DNA of 64,000 nt from Squalus acanthias (lineage: Eukaryota), in contig CM059432.1 of the NCBI GenBank assembly GCA_030390025.1, forward strand, positions 48,052,001-48,116,000, written 5' to 3'. Positions 1 to 12,039 of this stretch are shown piece by piece. The position numbers and the translations under genes are program-made. Position 1 is the stretch's first letter; each line of letters opens with the position of its first letter. The notes under the pieces were generated by a model that had not been told where the DNA came from, did no database searches, and worked only from the letters and a program-made list of their open reading frames with translations.

Positions 1-60
1 TAATTGCTTTCTTAGTGATTGTTCTGAATCTGCAATAGTGCAATGGTAAATTAACAGAGT

Positions 61-888
61 TTTTTTTATTTGTTTATGGGATGTGGGCATCTCTGGCAAG
101 GCCAACATTTATTACCCATCTCTAATTGCTCTTGAGAAGATGGTAGCCACCTTCTTGAACCACTGCAGTCCGTGTGGTGAAGGTACTCCCACAGTGCTGT
201 TAGGGAGGGAGTTCCAGGATTTTGACCCAGCGATGATGAAGGAACAGCGATATATTTCCAAGTCAGGATGGTGTGTGACTTGGAGGTGATGGTGTTCCCA
301 TGCACCTGCTGCCCTTGTCCTTCTAGTTGGAAGAGGTCGCAGGTTTGGGAGGTGCTGCCGAAGAAGCCTTGGCGAGTTGCTGCAGTGCATCTTGTAGATG
401 GTGTACACTGCAGCCACGGTACGCTGGTGGTGGAGGGAGTGAATGTTTAAGGTGGTGGATGGGGTGCCAATCAATCGGGCTGCTTTGTCCTGGATGGTGT
501 CGAACTTCTTAAGTGTTGTTGGAACTGCACTCATCCAGGCAAGTGGAGAGTATTCCATTACACTCCTTACTAGTGCCTTGTAGATGGTGGAAAGGCTTTG
601 GGGAGTCAGGAGGTGAGACACTCGCCGCAGAATACCCAGCCTCTGACCTGCTCTTGTTGCCGCAGTATTTATGTGGCTGGTCCAGTTAAGTTTCTGGTCA
701 ATGGTGACCCCCAGGATATAGATAGTGGGGTATTCGGTGATGGTAATGCCATTGAATCTCAAGGGGCGGTGGTTAGACTCTCGCTTGTTGGAGATAGTCA
801 TTGCCTGGCACTTCTGTGGCATGAATGTTACCTGCCACTTATCAGTCCAAGCCTGAACGTCATCCAGGTCTTGTTGCAAGCGGGCATT
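61..888 (-). mobile_element. 5'-truncated CR1-group LINE, family A (C-terminal RT region + 3' end, poly-A)
   Basis: ORF 112-879 has WQVTF..KC, LGVTID.KLNW, SVMEYSPLAW; 3' end GGGTAATAAATGTTGGCCTTGCCAG...CACATCCCA + A-tail recurs in 6 other copies. Confidence 0.9.
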
Positions 889-890
889 TG

Positions 891-1856
891 TTTTAATTCA
901 TTTTTTTATGGGATGTGGGCGTTGCTGGCAAGGCCAGCATTTATTGCCAATCGTTAGTTGCCCTTGAGAAGGTGGCGGTGAGCCGCCTTCTTGAACCGCT
1001 GCAGTCCGTGTGGTGAAGGTACTCCCACAGTGCTGTTAGGGAGGGAGTTCCAGGATTTTGACCCAGCGACGATGAAGGATCGGTGATATATTTTTAAGTC
1101 AGGATGATGTGTGACTTGGAGGGGAACTTGGAGGTGGTGGTGTTCCCATGCGTCTGCTGCCCTTGTCCTTCTAGGTGGAAGAGGTCGCAGGTTTGGAAGG
1201 TGCTGCCGAAGAAGCCTTGGCGAATTGCTGCAGTGCATCTTGTAGATGATACACACTGCAACCACGGTATGCCGGTGGTGGAAGGAGTGGATGTTTAAGG
1301 TGGTAGAGGGCGTGCCAATCAAGCGGGCTGCTTTCTCCTGGATGGTGTCGAGCTTCTTGAGTGTTGTTGGAGTTGCACTCATCCAGGCAAGTGGAGAGTA
1401 TTCCATCACACTCCTTATTGTGCATGGACTGCTTCATTATCTGAGGAGTTGTGAATGGCACTGAACACTGTGCAGTCATCAGTGAACATCCCCATTTTGA
1501 CCTTATGTTGGAGGGAAGGTCATTGATGGAGCAGCTGAAGATGGTTGGGCCTAGGACACTGCCCTGAGGAACTCCTGCAGCAATATCCTGGGGCTGTGAT
1601 GATTGACCTTCAACCACCACAACCATCTTCCTTTGTGCTAGGTATGACCCCAGCCAGTGGAGAGTTTTCTCCCCGATTCCCATTGACTTCAGGTCTACTA
1701 GGGCTCCTTGATGCCACACTCTGTCAAATGCTGACTTGATGTTTAGGGCAGTCACTCTCACCTCACCTCTGGAATTCAGCTCCTTAATCCATGTTTGGAC
1801 CAAGGCTGTAATGAGGTCGGGAACAGAGTGGTCTTGGCGAAACCCAAACTGGGCTT
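891..1856 (-). mobile_element. CR1-group LINE family A copy with internal deletion near 1418
   Basis: AFDRVWH and [10 protein letters not shown] motifs (ORF 1171-1803) plus the same C-terminus and tail; lies head-to-tail with 61-888. Confidence 0.9.
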
Positions 1857-2424
1857 CCCGATGGCTGCGAACCTCGCCAGGGTCAGCGAGGCGAGCAGTG
1901 GGTCTGCGGGGGTGAGAGAGATCGAAAAGTCTGCTGTGGAGGTGAGTGATGGGTGCAAGTGCGGAGAGGTAAGTATGAAAGGTGAGTGTAAAGTGTTAAA
2001 AAAAGTTTACTTACCGTTGCTTCTTCCTGCAGGCTTCAACCCTTGGGGATCTGGAGGTGCCTCATCTCAACGGCAGAGATGAGAGAACGGCTGCTGTATT
2101 CTCAGATGCAGCAGCCATCTGATTTCTGCTAAGGAAAGAGGTTTGGTGAGCCTTCAGTATAAGGGCTCACCTTAGAACAGAGATTGTCAGTGTTTGACAG
2201 CTTCTCAAAGCTGTCAAACGCTGACAATTCATCTGTCAAAAATTTTTGACAGATGAAACATCATATGCTGATGTCCTCTGTCACCAGCTTTCCCTTAATT
2301 GGCGGGCTTAACAAGGTCAATCAAGGGAAAATAGCGTGGGTTGGCCGGACGTCACTGGGGGCATTCTGAAACCCAACAACCAGCAGTCCCGCCCCCAACA
2401 CGCCCCCATTGAGAAATCCAGCTC
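1857..2424. mobile_element. Part of a non-autonomous Harbinger-type element (right TIR ...AAATCCAGCTC)
   Basis: Terminus resembles the GGGCTGGATTTT TIR family at 57732/58410; internal palindromes at 2183-2257. Confidence 0.5.
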
Positions 2425-3225
2425 ATTGTCTTCGGTCCCCGTCACAAACTCCGTTCCCTAGCCATCGACTCTATCCCTCTCCCTGGCAACTGTCTGAGGC
2501 TGAACCAGACTTTTCACAACCTTGGTGTCATATCTGACACCGAAATGAGCATCCAACTACATATCGGCGCCATCATTAAGACCGTCTATTTCCACCTCCG
2601 GAACATCGCCCGATTCAGCCCATCTGCTGCTGACACCCTCATCCTTGCCTTTGTTACCTCTAGACTTGACTATTCCAACGCACTCCTCGCCAACCTCCCA
2701 CATTCTACCCTCCGTAAACTTGAGGTCATCCAAAACTCTGCTGCCCGTGCCCTAACTCGCACCAAGTTCCTTTCACCCATCAACCCTGTGCTCGCTGACC
2801 TACATTGGCTCCAAGTTAAGCAACGCCTCGATTTTAAAATTCTCATCATATTTTTCAAATCCCTCCATAGCCTTGCCCCTCCCTATCCCTGTAATCTCCT
2901 CCAGCCCCACAACCCTCTGATATATCTGGCCTTTTGAGCATCTCCGATTTTAATCGCTCCACCATTGGCGGCCGTGCCTTCAGCTGCCAAGGCTGTAATC
3001 TCTGGAATTCCCTCCCTAAACTTCTCTGCCTCTCTACCTCTCTCTCCTCCTTTAAGATGCTCCTTAAAACCTACCTCTTTGATCAAGCTTTTGGTCATCT
3101 GCCCATATATCTCCTTATGTTGCATGGTGCCAAATTTTATAATGCTCCTATGAAGCGCCTTGGGGATTTTTAGATGTTAAAGGTTATATAAATACACATT
3201 GTTGTTGTTCTTGTTGTTATTGTTG
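2425..3225 (+). mobile_element. L2-clade LINE 3' fragment
   Basis: SRLDYSNALL, IQNSAAR, LHWL motifs (ORF 2545-2937); GRAFS..WNSLP; (GTT)n-like tail at about 3200-3225. Confidence 0.9.
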
Positions 3226-3679
3226 TGGAGACATAGAAAAGAGGTTTTCACATTCCAAGCACATTGGGACAAGTTCTGAAGTGGGGGAGAAGCTGATCAG
3301 ATAGAACAGGCTTCATCTAAACTAAATTGGCACCAGTGTCCTTGCAGTAAAGATAAACAAACAGAGCAGTGAGGGAGGATTTAAACTGATAAGGCAGCAG
3401 GGGAAGTGAAAACAAAACAAACCAAAAAGAAAAAAATAATGGCATCAGTCGCAAAAAGATCAGATAAGAAAAGGAATGTTCTGAAAGATAGACTTAAACT
3501 ATTAAAATAACATTCATAAGGAGGCGAATGATAGAAGTAAGATTTAAAGAACAGAAGAGAGAAGAAGATGGAAGTATGTTTGTTGTGGGATGTTTATAAA
3601 GAAAAAAAGATTTAATAGATGAGATTGTCGTGGCAATTAGAAACTATGTAATAAGAGTCTCAGAAACAAGCTTAACCCC

Positions 3680-4060
3680 CTAATGACATACAAGAGTTAG
3701 CAGAATGGACAAACAGGCGACAGGCAATATAATATGAAGAAGTGCAAGGCAATGCATTTTGGAAGTAAAAACAAGGAATGGGAGTATGAACTCAATGGAA
3801 AGACACAGTAGGGAACAGAGAGACCTATGGGTGCAAATACATTGTTCCTTGAAAGTGTGAGTGAAGGTAGGTAAAGCCATAGAATGTCAACATCATTTTG
3901 AGTTTTTGTCATAATAAATTTGTGCAAAGAAATGGTTAGGCCAATTAGAGTACAATGTGTAGTTGTGGGCTCTACAGGACCATAAAAAGTGTTCAATGGA
4001 GACTCACCAGGATGTTGCCAGGGATGGGAAACTATTATTTTGAGGAGAGACTTGAGATAG
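3680..4060 (+). mobile_element. Old degenerate CR1 RT fragment
   Basis: Remnants of KC.V.HFG, QRDL.V and R.TRM.PG motifs with many stops. Confidence 0.7.
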
Positions 4061-4099
4061 CGAGGGACCAAATCAGAAAAGTAAGAAACGGTTCCTGCT

Positions 4100-4285
4100 C
4101 ACACAGTTCGCGCACGTGCAGTACCCTGGGAGTCGTGTCTTAAACAGTCCGCATTGTCTGAGCCCCGCTGGTCTCCCCGCTATTCAGAACTCGCTGCTTC
4201 ATTTCCGGTTGTGGGGCTGACGGCAATGGGGGTAACGAAAATCGCCTGGAAACTCTGTCAGTCCTGAGAGAGCAACTAGGTGAGG
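4100..4285 (+). promoter_or_regulatory. Candidate CpG-rich promoter and first exon with 5' splice donor
   Basis: Non-repeat CpG-rich patch with CGCGCACGTGCA (E-box/NRF1-like, about 4109-4120), ATTTCCGGT (ETS-like, 4201-4209) and AG|GTGAGG donor at 4280. Confidence 0.45.
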
Positions 4286-4495
4286 GAGAGAACAACATAA
4301 ACAGAGAGGGAGGGAGACACAAACTGGGGGAGGGAAAGAGAGAGAGAACAACATAAACTGGGAGAGGGAGGGAGACAGAAACACAAACTGAGGTAGGTAG
4401 AAAGAGAAACAAACACGGGAGGGAGAGAAAGAGAGAGAGAAACATAAACTGGGGGAGGGAGAGAGCAACACACACACTGGGAGAGTGAGGGAGAG
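4285..4495. repeat. Degenerate GA-rich minisatellite
   Basis: Recurring ACATAAACTGGG / ACACAAACTG + GGAGGGAGAGA units. Confidence 0.75.
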
Positions 4496-4530
4496 TTCAT
4501 GTCGGCCTGTGATGTGCACGGTTGTATTAT

Positions 4531-6688
4531 GGCCCTGAATTCGCGGTTGGCGGTATAGCTAAGGAATGTAGGGGGTGGTGTTTTTGTGTCAGCTTTGCCT
4601 CTGACTTCTGAGCGGTTTGAATCGCTTCCACTCCCTTGGTTCTAGACCTTGGACTTATTTGGGGGTTGTGATACAGAAGGTGCAGCAGACAACGGAGTTT
4701 GATGAAAGAACTTCGATCTTTATTCAAGAAAGTAAAACACAACACAAACACTCTTAACACTCTAAAGGTGGGGAACACTTCGGTACAAGCGAGGGAAATA
4801 ACATTAGAAGAATACTTCACCCCTCCCAATCCCACTTCACTAGCTAGGTTGGACTCTGGAGAACCAGGGATAATGCTCACCAAATGAATCCTTGACAGTT
4901 GAGAGTTAGAGTTTAGAGTCTTTTGAGTAAAAAGTTTCGTAAGGCCCTTGTTGCCACGAGGTGTCCGATGGTCACTGAGGCGGTCGCTCTGGTCTCTTCT
5001 TGCGTGTCGGCCTACTTCTGGAGCTGTTGGCCTTCTTTGTTGAACTTCTTTCTGTTGAACTCTGCCTCTGTTTAAACTGTCTTCTTCCAAGCTGTGGAAC
5101 TGCCTTCTGCAGAACTGTGGAAACTGCCTTCTGCCTGCTTGTTGAACTCCTTGCTGGAGAACTTGAACTGTTGTTACTGCTTTCTGTTGAACTGCTTGAT
5201 GGGCCTTCAATTATACTAAATTGAAGTGGCCTTATCAAAACCAAATCAAATCCTGGTCATTGTAAGACCTCGTTAACAGTAACGACTTTGCGAGCGTGTT
5301 AACTGGTTTTTGTAAATGTGTGAAGTGGTTTCAGGATAGCTCCATCCTGTCGATCTGTTGTTTTATCAGAGTTTGAATTGCCCTCATGTTTTGGGTTTCT
5401 TGACTGGGCCTAGGACTTCTATAGAATATTTGCTTTTTGCATGTCTTTAATGGGTTCTGTAAACGGTTTGATGGGGCCTGTTATTTTGGGTGGGACTGTC
5501 TTCTCCCAGGGTCTATTGTCAAAATGTTAATGTGTGCTGGGGCTTTGAGTGAGGTCATCCCGATTCCCCAGACATTGCAATTAACTGCAATAACCAAAAC
5601 TGCTTTTACAGAGGTCGAACCCAACTTCCTTCACAGCCTTTTCTCCCTTTACAGGCCCAGACATGTTTTTAAAATGCCAAAACTTGGTTTTTGGTCTTAA
5701 ATTCCTTATGTTAGGCCCAAATGCATTTTATCACTCTGAGGTAGTTCCAAAGTCCTTTTTCCTTAGGTTTTGGGGATCTGCAAATTTTGGAAACCTTACA
5801 GGAGTACGCCACCGACATCCAAACTAAATCCGCACTTACCTCGTGCGAACCCCCTTTTGAAAAGTTGCTTTCAAACGCTGCAGAGTTGTGCGCAGCGTAG
5901 TGGCCCACGGCTCTCAGGGGTGACCATTGTGCGTATGCGAACCTGGGATCACGTGGGCCGGTGCTCCTTTCACTTCCTGGCTCTTAGCCAATCAGGACAC
6001 AGAGGAAATTGCTGATTTGCCCACAACTCATTTTAAGTAACTAAGCAGCCAGAAATGCTATTTTATTAATAAATTACAATTATTGCAATAGTATTTAATG
6101 CACAAACCAAGATTATAATACACAGACCTATAATTACAGTCTTATAGTCCTTCCAAATTAGTTTCTCCTCTAATAGACTAACTAACTTTCGATCAATTTA
6201 AATAATCTAAAATCAAGAGTTTAATGTCTGATAACATCAGGAAATCATGAAAGTGAATTAAATCTATCTAAATAGAAGTTGGGAAATAATTAAACCAAAA
6301 CTACAAAAGGCTTTTGGGCAGCAAAGACGGTGACACACAAAGGCCCTGTATTCAAACTCAAACAAATGAAAGTTTCTTCAAAGTTTGTATCCGCTCAGAC
6401 AAGAACCAGTGCCTCATTGTAGCATAAACGAATACAATTCTCTCATGCCCCCTCCCCTTATGGTGCGCAACAGGCCCCTGAACCTGTTTGAACCAGACGT
6501 AAACATTTTCAGGGTAATTAATGCGCAGTAGGTGGGCAATTAGCCGAACCTTTCACCAGCACGTTGATTTGAATGGGTAGGTGAAATGTGCAGCGACAGA
6601 TCGCAAGTTCGGGATTTAACGCATGCGCAAGCGGAAATCCCAGACTTGCGGTCAGTTTCAAAGGCGATATGACCGCGAATTCAGGGCT
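4531..6688. mobile_element. Non-autonomous PIF/Harbinger-type element carrying a nested solo LTR
   Basis: TIRs GGCCCTGAATTCGCGGT ... ACCGCGAATTCAGGGCT; flanks TAT/AAT; internal motifs shared with 35941-36707. Confidence 0.75.
4567..5800 (-). mobile_element. Solo LTR, about 1.23 kb (ERV or LTR retrotransposon)
   Basis: TGTAGG...CCTTACA termini; 4-bp flanks GGAA/GGAG; minus-strand TATAA (about 5211) and AATAAA (about 4720); host element resumes at 5801. Confidence 0.75.
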
Positions 6689-7000
6689 AATGTATTTTGT
6701 TCCGGGAGTCAGGTAGCTTTGGTGCTGCTCCTTGAGGACTGAGCCTCTCCTCCCTGAAGCTTGGTTTCCGTGGTGGGTGTGGGACGTCAGTGAATTGAAT
6801 TAGGTTTGGTTTTATTTATTATTTTTATAACTTGCTGTGTATTGTGAAAAGTCACAAAATTGTATGAAAACTTTAGTTAGAAACTGCTTACATCGATGAT
6901 ATTTTTGTTGAATCAGTGGTATTTTCTTGGTGTTTCTCATTGCAGTCGATACTGTAGAAACATCACGAGTAGTTTTTATTTAAACATTACTTATCCTTAA

Positions 7001-8330
7001 GGGGATGAAATTCGATAAGGCCCAAAAACGGGCATGGGCACCGCGAGATATGCCCGCACCCGTTCAGAAAGCACAGGTAACATGTCAATTTGGTGTTACC
7101 TGCTAAGGTAAATGATTGTAGCATGCAGCCTAGTGACTAACGCAGGTTGTGCGCTCAGCAGGCAGCCCAAGTTTGCTTTGCTGGAGCGAGGCTGCCTTTC
7201 CTTAAAGCTAGCCTGTTCCTTTTCAAGGCAGTCTCTAGCCTTTAAAGCTGAACTCCCTTCTGAACAAAAAATTTAAAATCCTTCACAATGAGGCAGTCTG
7301 CAGCTCTGAAAGCTGAATTGCCATCTGCAAAATAAATTAAAATTCCTTCAGAACTAGGCAGTCTGTAGCTCTTAAAGCGGAACGGCCTTCTGCATATAGA
7401 AAATGCTAAAAGTGCTTCAGCACTAACACAAATGGCTTAACAGGCCAGGGAAAGGGCGCCAAAGGTCTCAGATGCAGCACTCCAGCTTTGTGTAGGTGGT
7501 CAACACTGGAAAAGAGGTCCTCTACCACAGGTGGCAGGAGGCCTTCCAGAAGTTTAATGACCTCAGACAAGTGGTCAAAGTCAGAGAATGTATCTTCAAA
7601 AGCCACCTCGTATCAACTGCACCACTAGCCTCACATACTGCTCAATGCATAACTCCACCCCCACCCCCCCCCCCCCCACCCTGGCATCACTCACCTGCCT
7701 ACAATCTCTATCAAACACGAGGCACACCTCCCATTCCTAGCTTCACCTCACCCCCTTGGAGATGACAGTGCTGGCCATTCTTGGCAGGGGCATGGCTGAG
7801 CCCTTGGCCAGCATGGGACTGAAAGAATACAAGATGCCGGTATCCTCATACATTATCCTCCTTCTCACATACCACTTCCCCCTCATCCCACAATCTCTTC
7901 TGATTTACAAACAGCACATGGTCTCAGCATGCACCTCTTGCTTTACCACCCTCCCCTCACCACAACCTTACACTTGTGCATTCCCCATTTCAGATAGCCA
8001 AGAAATCCAGCCTATCCATCCAGTGGGTGACCAAGAAGAGGGAGAGGAAAGTGAAGAAGAAGAAGAACCACCGTCACTCAATTTCACACTCCCAGCCACC
8101 GGCTTCTCGAAGTCGGCCTGCAAGGCCATGTGCAGTGTCCCTCACTGAAAGTCAGCAGCCTTCCACCAGCCATGCTGCAGCCACTGATGCGTAGCATCAC
8201 TAGGATAAGCAAAGACACATGCAAGACAGTCACTAAGGGAATGCACAAGGGTGATTTGTTTGTTTTTGTTGATGTAATATCGATGCATATATGGATAAAG
8301 GTTGGATTGGAAAGTTTGCTTTGTGGTGGC
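7001..8330 (+). mobile_element. Harbinger relic with Myb/SANT-like ORF remnants
   Basis: GGGGATGAAATT TIR-like start; KEVLY and QKFNDL motifs at about 7430-7580; acidic EEEE exon-like segment at about 8000-8090; right end not defined. Confidence 0.6.
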
Positions 8331-8589
8331 TTTTATTTCAGCATTGTGGCCAAGCTGTGATGGTCATTAACAGAGGGAAGGTAATGTGTGGGACAAATTT
8401 TGAAAGGGGAACTGGGGTTGTGTTCACTGGTACCACAGGGGGTGATTCCATCCCAGCCAGAAAGGTTCTATCTGGGTTGCCCCCTTCCTTCTGCTTCCCC
8501 ATCTTCTGCTTCCTCCTCCCTCTGCGAGCAGCTTGTCCCCTTTGCTGCCTCGGCTTCATCTCCATGTGATGTTGCAGTCCAAGAGTGAC

Positions 8590-8765
8590 GGTATCAAGAG
8601 CGGCAACGTCCAAAATCACAGTCGTGCGTTGCACGCCGATTGCAATAACAGTTGCAAACAGTGGGCAAATGTCATGTGATTAAGCATCACATGAGCAGTG
8701 TCATGTGATCAAATGTCACATGATCAAATCTCCAGGAATACATCAAACCAGAGTAGGCAACCCTA
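8590..8765. mobile_element. Terminal part of a hAT-like (TAGGGTTGCC-type) MITE
   Basis: Ends GGCAACCCTA; repeated TCATGTGA/TCACATGA subterminal motifs; matching left end and TSD not found. Confidence 0.45.
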
Positions 8766-10084
8766 CTCCTAAGGGAAGAAGTGTCCAATGATTCTCTGGG
8801 ATTGATTACCTTTGCCAACAGTACATTTGGGGGCCTTTACTCGGCCCTGAATGGTCTTCACACCATTGCACCTTTCCATTCTCCAGCATTTTAGTGCTAG
8901 ACTCTTCATCTTGAAAGGAAGCAAATGCAAGGGTAGCTTTTATTTTTTATTGAATTGAGAAGGTTAATTTCAACCAAAGCTGTAGTACATAGGTACATAG
9001 TTGTAAAAGGCAAGTTCAGGACAAATGTCAGTAAGTACTTATTTTTAGACATAGTGATTCATACCTGGAAAATATTCCCTGGTAGAGTAGTAAAGGAAAA
9101 AACTCTGCAATTACTCATGAGGCACTTTGATGCTGGGCTGGGCTGGGCTGGGTGGGGTGGGGTGGGGAGGACCATAGGCTTCTATTGAAGGATGAACTAG
9201 ATGGGCTGAATGGCCTCCCTCATCTGTACTTATCTTTGTGAGCCACACTACTTTGATAAACCATTTAATTAGTGCCAGACACTTCCCACAGAGAAAGAGA
9301 AAGCAGAAAGATTCATCTTGCATCTTTCCAGCAGCCAGCTAAAGAATGGCCAAGGAGACAGGAAAGGAGAAAGTAAATAAATGAATATTCTGATATATCT
9401 GCCGTAATGGTGTGTTTCTAATGGTTGTTACACGAGGTTGGCAGGAAAAACTACACTAATGTGTGGAATAATCAACTATTAAACTATTATTTAAAAAAAC
9501 GTTGATCATGGAATACAGCATTCGAAATCTGTACAAAAAACACCTGCAGAAAGCATCAAGTGGGATTTTCCTTTCCTATTATTCGTAACAAAAGCAGAGG
9601 AATTTATAATTCTGAGCAATATGTGGTAGAATGGGAGACATTTATGGAATCTCAGTGCAAATTTATTGCATGGCAACTGGAAATCATTGAAGAATACACA
9701 GAGAAGATATTAAGAATCATTTCAAGTGTAAGGATGTTGAGCTATGAGATTTTAAAAACTCAATCTCTAGGCTAGCGAGAATACGTTGAAGGAGAGATCT
9801 CACTGAAGTATATAAAATATTAAATGGCTTAGATAAGGTAAATCCAGAATAATACTTTAAACTAAGATAGGCTATCAGGACCAGAGATCATAAGCATTAA
9901 CTAGTCAAAACCAGACATTTTTCACAGACAGGGTGCTAAGGGAGTATTCTGCCAGGCAGGCTGGTAGAGACAAATCAGAGCATTTAAAACATAGATGGAT
10001 GCTAGGCTAGGAGAGCGAAGGTATGAGAGGAATGAGCTTTGGTGAGTCAAATAGCCATTCTTATCTTTGACTTCTCTTATTAAA

Positions 10085-10335
10085 AACAAAAACAACTTGC
10101 ATTTATATAGCGCCTTTAACGTAATAAAACGTCCAAAGGCGCTTCACAGGAGCGTTATCAAACAAAATTTGACACCGAGCCACATAAGGAGATATTAGGA
10201 CTTGGTCAGAGAGGTAGATTTTAGGGAGTGTCTTAAAAGGAGGAGAGGTAGAATGGCAAGAGAGGTTTAGGGAGGGAATTCCTTCCTAATGGTGGAGCGA
10301 TTAAAAATCGAGGATTCGCAAGAGGCCAGAATTCT
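10085..10335 (-). mobile_element. L2 3' end
   Basis: ACAACTTGCATTTATATAGCGCCTTTAACGTA is the reverse complement of the L2 tail at about 3150-3210. Confidence 0.8.
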
Positions 10336-11103
10336 ATTCATAAATAACAATGCATTACACTCCTATTTGAGGATGCTATGCCATGTTATCAAGGAAGTGT
10401 TTTAAAATGGTTTTCGAATAGAGTGAGCCATAAAAATGAGTTATTGGATGAGCTATATCAAAGAACTAAATAGAACTATTGTATTACTAGGTTGCAAATA
10501 CATCAAATGTTTTATTAATATTCTACAGAATTGCTGCTGCATCCACTAATAGGCTAATAATAAAATCAAATTACTGTTATATCAGAAATAAAAATAGAAA
10601 ATGTTGGACATTTGTTGGTCAGAATCTGAAAGAATAAAAATAGGCTAATGATTTGAATAGGACCTTACTTCAAAACTGCACCTATTACATTGCAGATTTT
10701 CTAAATAATAGGGAGAATTTTGCTCTTGAGTCATGATGGTTTTCCGGCATAACTTAGGCAAGCAGGGGCAGAATATTGGGCAAGGTCCTCCTGACCCATG
10801 CGGTTTCTGCCCATTTCTGCCTGTAGTGATCTTCTACCTAAAATTGAGCAGGTGTAACCACATAAGGCAGTAATAGCAGCAGTATGTCAAACATTACATT
10901 TTCCATTATTGTGCAATGAGAAAGGGTTAATTAATAACCTTGTAGTAAAGGGGCCTTTAGGGAAGAGTGACCATAATATGATAGAATTTTATATTGAGTT
11001 TGAAAGTGATTTAGTTAAATCTGAAACTAGGGTCTTAAATCTAAACAAAGCAAATGACGTAGGTATGAGGGGTGAGTTGGCTAAGGTAGATTGGGAAACT
11101 ACA

Positions 11104-12039
11104 GCTCGGACCTGTGTCATGCTCCTCCTGTAACATGTGGGAAATCAGGGACGCTTCCTGTGTCCCTGACAACCATGTGTGCGGGAAGTGTGTCCAGCTG
11201 CAGCTCATGTGGGACCGCATGACGGCCCTTGAGCTGCGGATGGACTCACTTTGGAGCATCCACGATTCTGAGAGGGTTGTGGATAGCACATTTAGTGAGT
11301 TGGTCACACCGCAGGTTAAGGCCAGCGTAGATAGTACATGGGTGACCAAAAGGCAGAGCAAGGGCAGGAAGGTAGTGCAGAAATCCCCTGGGGTTGTCTC
11401 CCTTAGCAACAGGTTCACCGCCTTAGGTGCTGTTGTCGGGGGGGATGACTCATCGGGGGAAGGCACCAGCAGCCAGGCTCATGGCACCATGACTGGCTCT
11501 GTTGCAAAGAAGGGAGGGAAAAAGAGTGGCAGGGCTATAGTAATAGGGGATTTGATTGTAAGGGGAATAGATAGGGGTTTCTGTGGTCGCGACCGAGACT
11601 CCAGGATGGTATGTTGCCTCCCTGGTGCAAAGGTCAAGGATGTCTCGGCGCGGGTGCAGAACATTCTGGAGGGGGAGGGGGAACAGCCAGTTGTCGTGAT
11701 ACATGTTGGTACCAACGACGTAGCTAAAAAAGGGAAGAGGTCCTACAAGTAGAATTTAGGGAGTTAGGAGCCAAGCTAAAAAGTAGGACCTCGAAGGTAG
11801 TAATCTCTGGATTACTACCAGTGCCACGTGCTAGTAAGAGTACAGAGAACAGGATAGTTAGGCTAAATACGTGGCTTGAGCAGTGGTGTAAGAGGGAGGG
11901 TTTTAAATTTTTGAGGCATTGGAACCAGTTTTGTGGTAGGTGTGACCTATACAAAAGGGACGGTCTACACCTGTGCAAAGATGGAACTGATGTTCTCGGG
12001 GTAATTTTTGATAAAGCAGTTCGGGAGCATTTAAACTAG
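11104..12039 (+). pseudogene. CR1 ORF1p: CxxC..CxxC zinc finger, coiled coil, SGNH esterase-like domain; frameshift near 11730
   Basis: CSSC...CGKC, IGDLIVRG, VIHVGTND, DGLHL (ORFs 11114-11752 and 11821-12039). Confidence 0.9.

Noticed and set aside
4140..4519. Hydrophobic, transmembrane-looking minus-strand ORFs
   Set aside because: Translations of the GA-rich minisatellite
5030..5200. CRISPR-like repeat/spacer appearance
   Set aside because: Repeats are about 10 bp, degenerate and irregularly spaced; eukaryotic LTR context with no cas genes
4527..5210. 227-aa Q-rich minus-strand ORF
   Set aside because: Non-ATG start, produced by the LTR repeat array, crosses the LTR boundary, and has no recognisable domain
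9133..9170. (GGGCT)n/(GGGGT)n G-quadruplex-capable run; similar G-run at about 25360-25400
   Set aside because: Simple-repeat expansion at or within decayed LINE sequence; no sign of function
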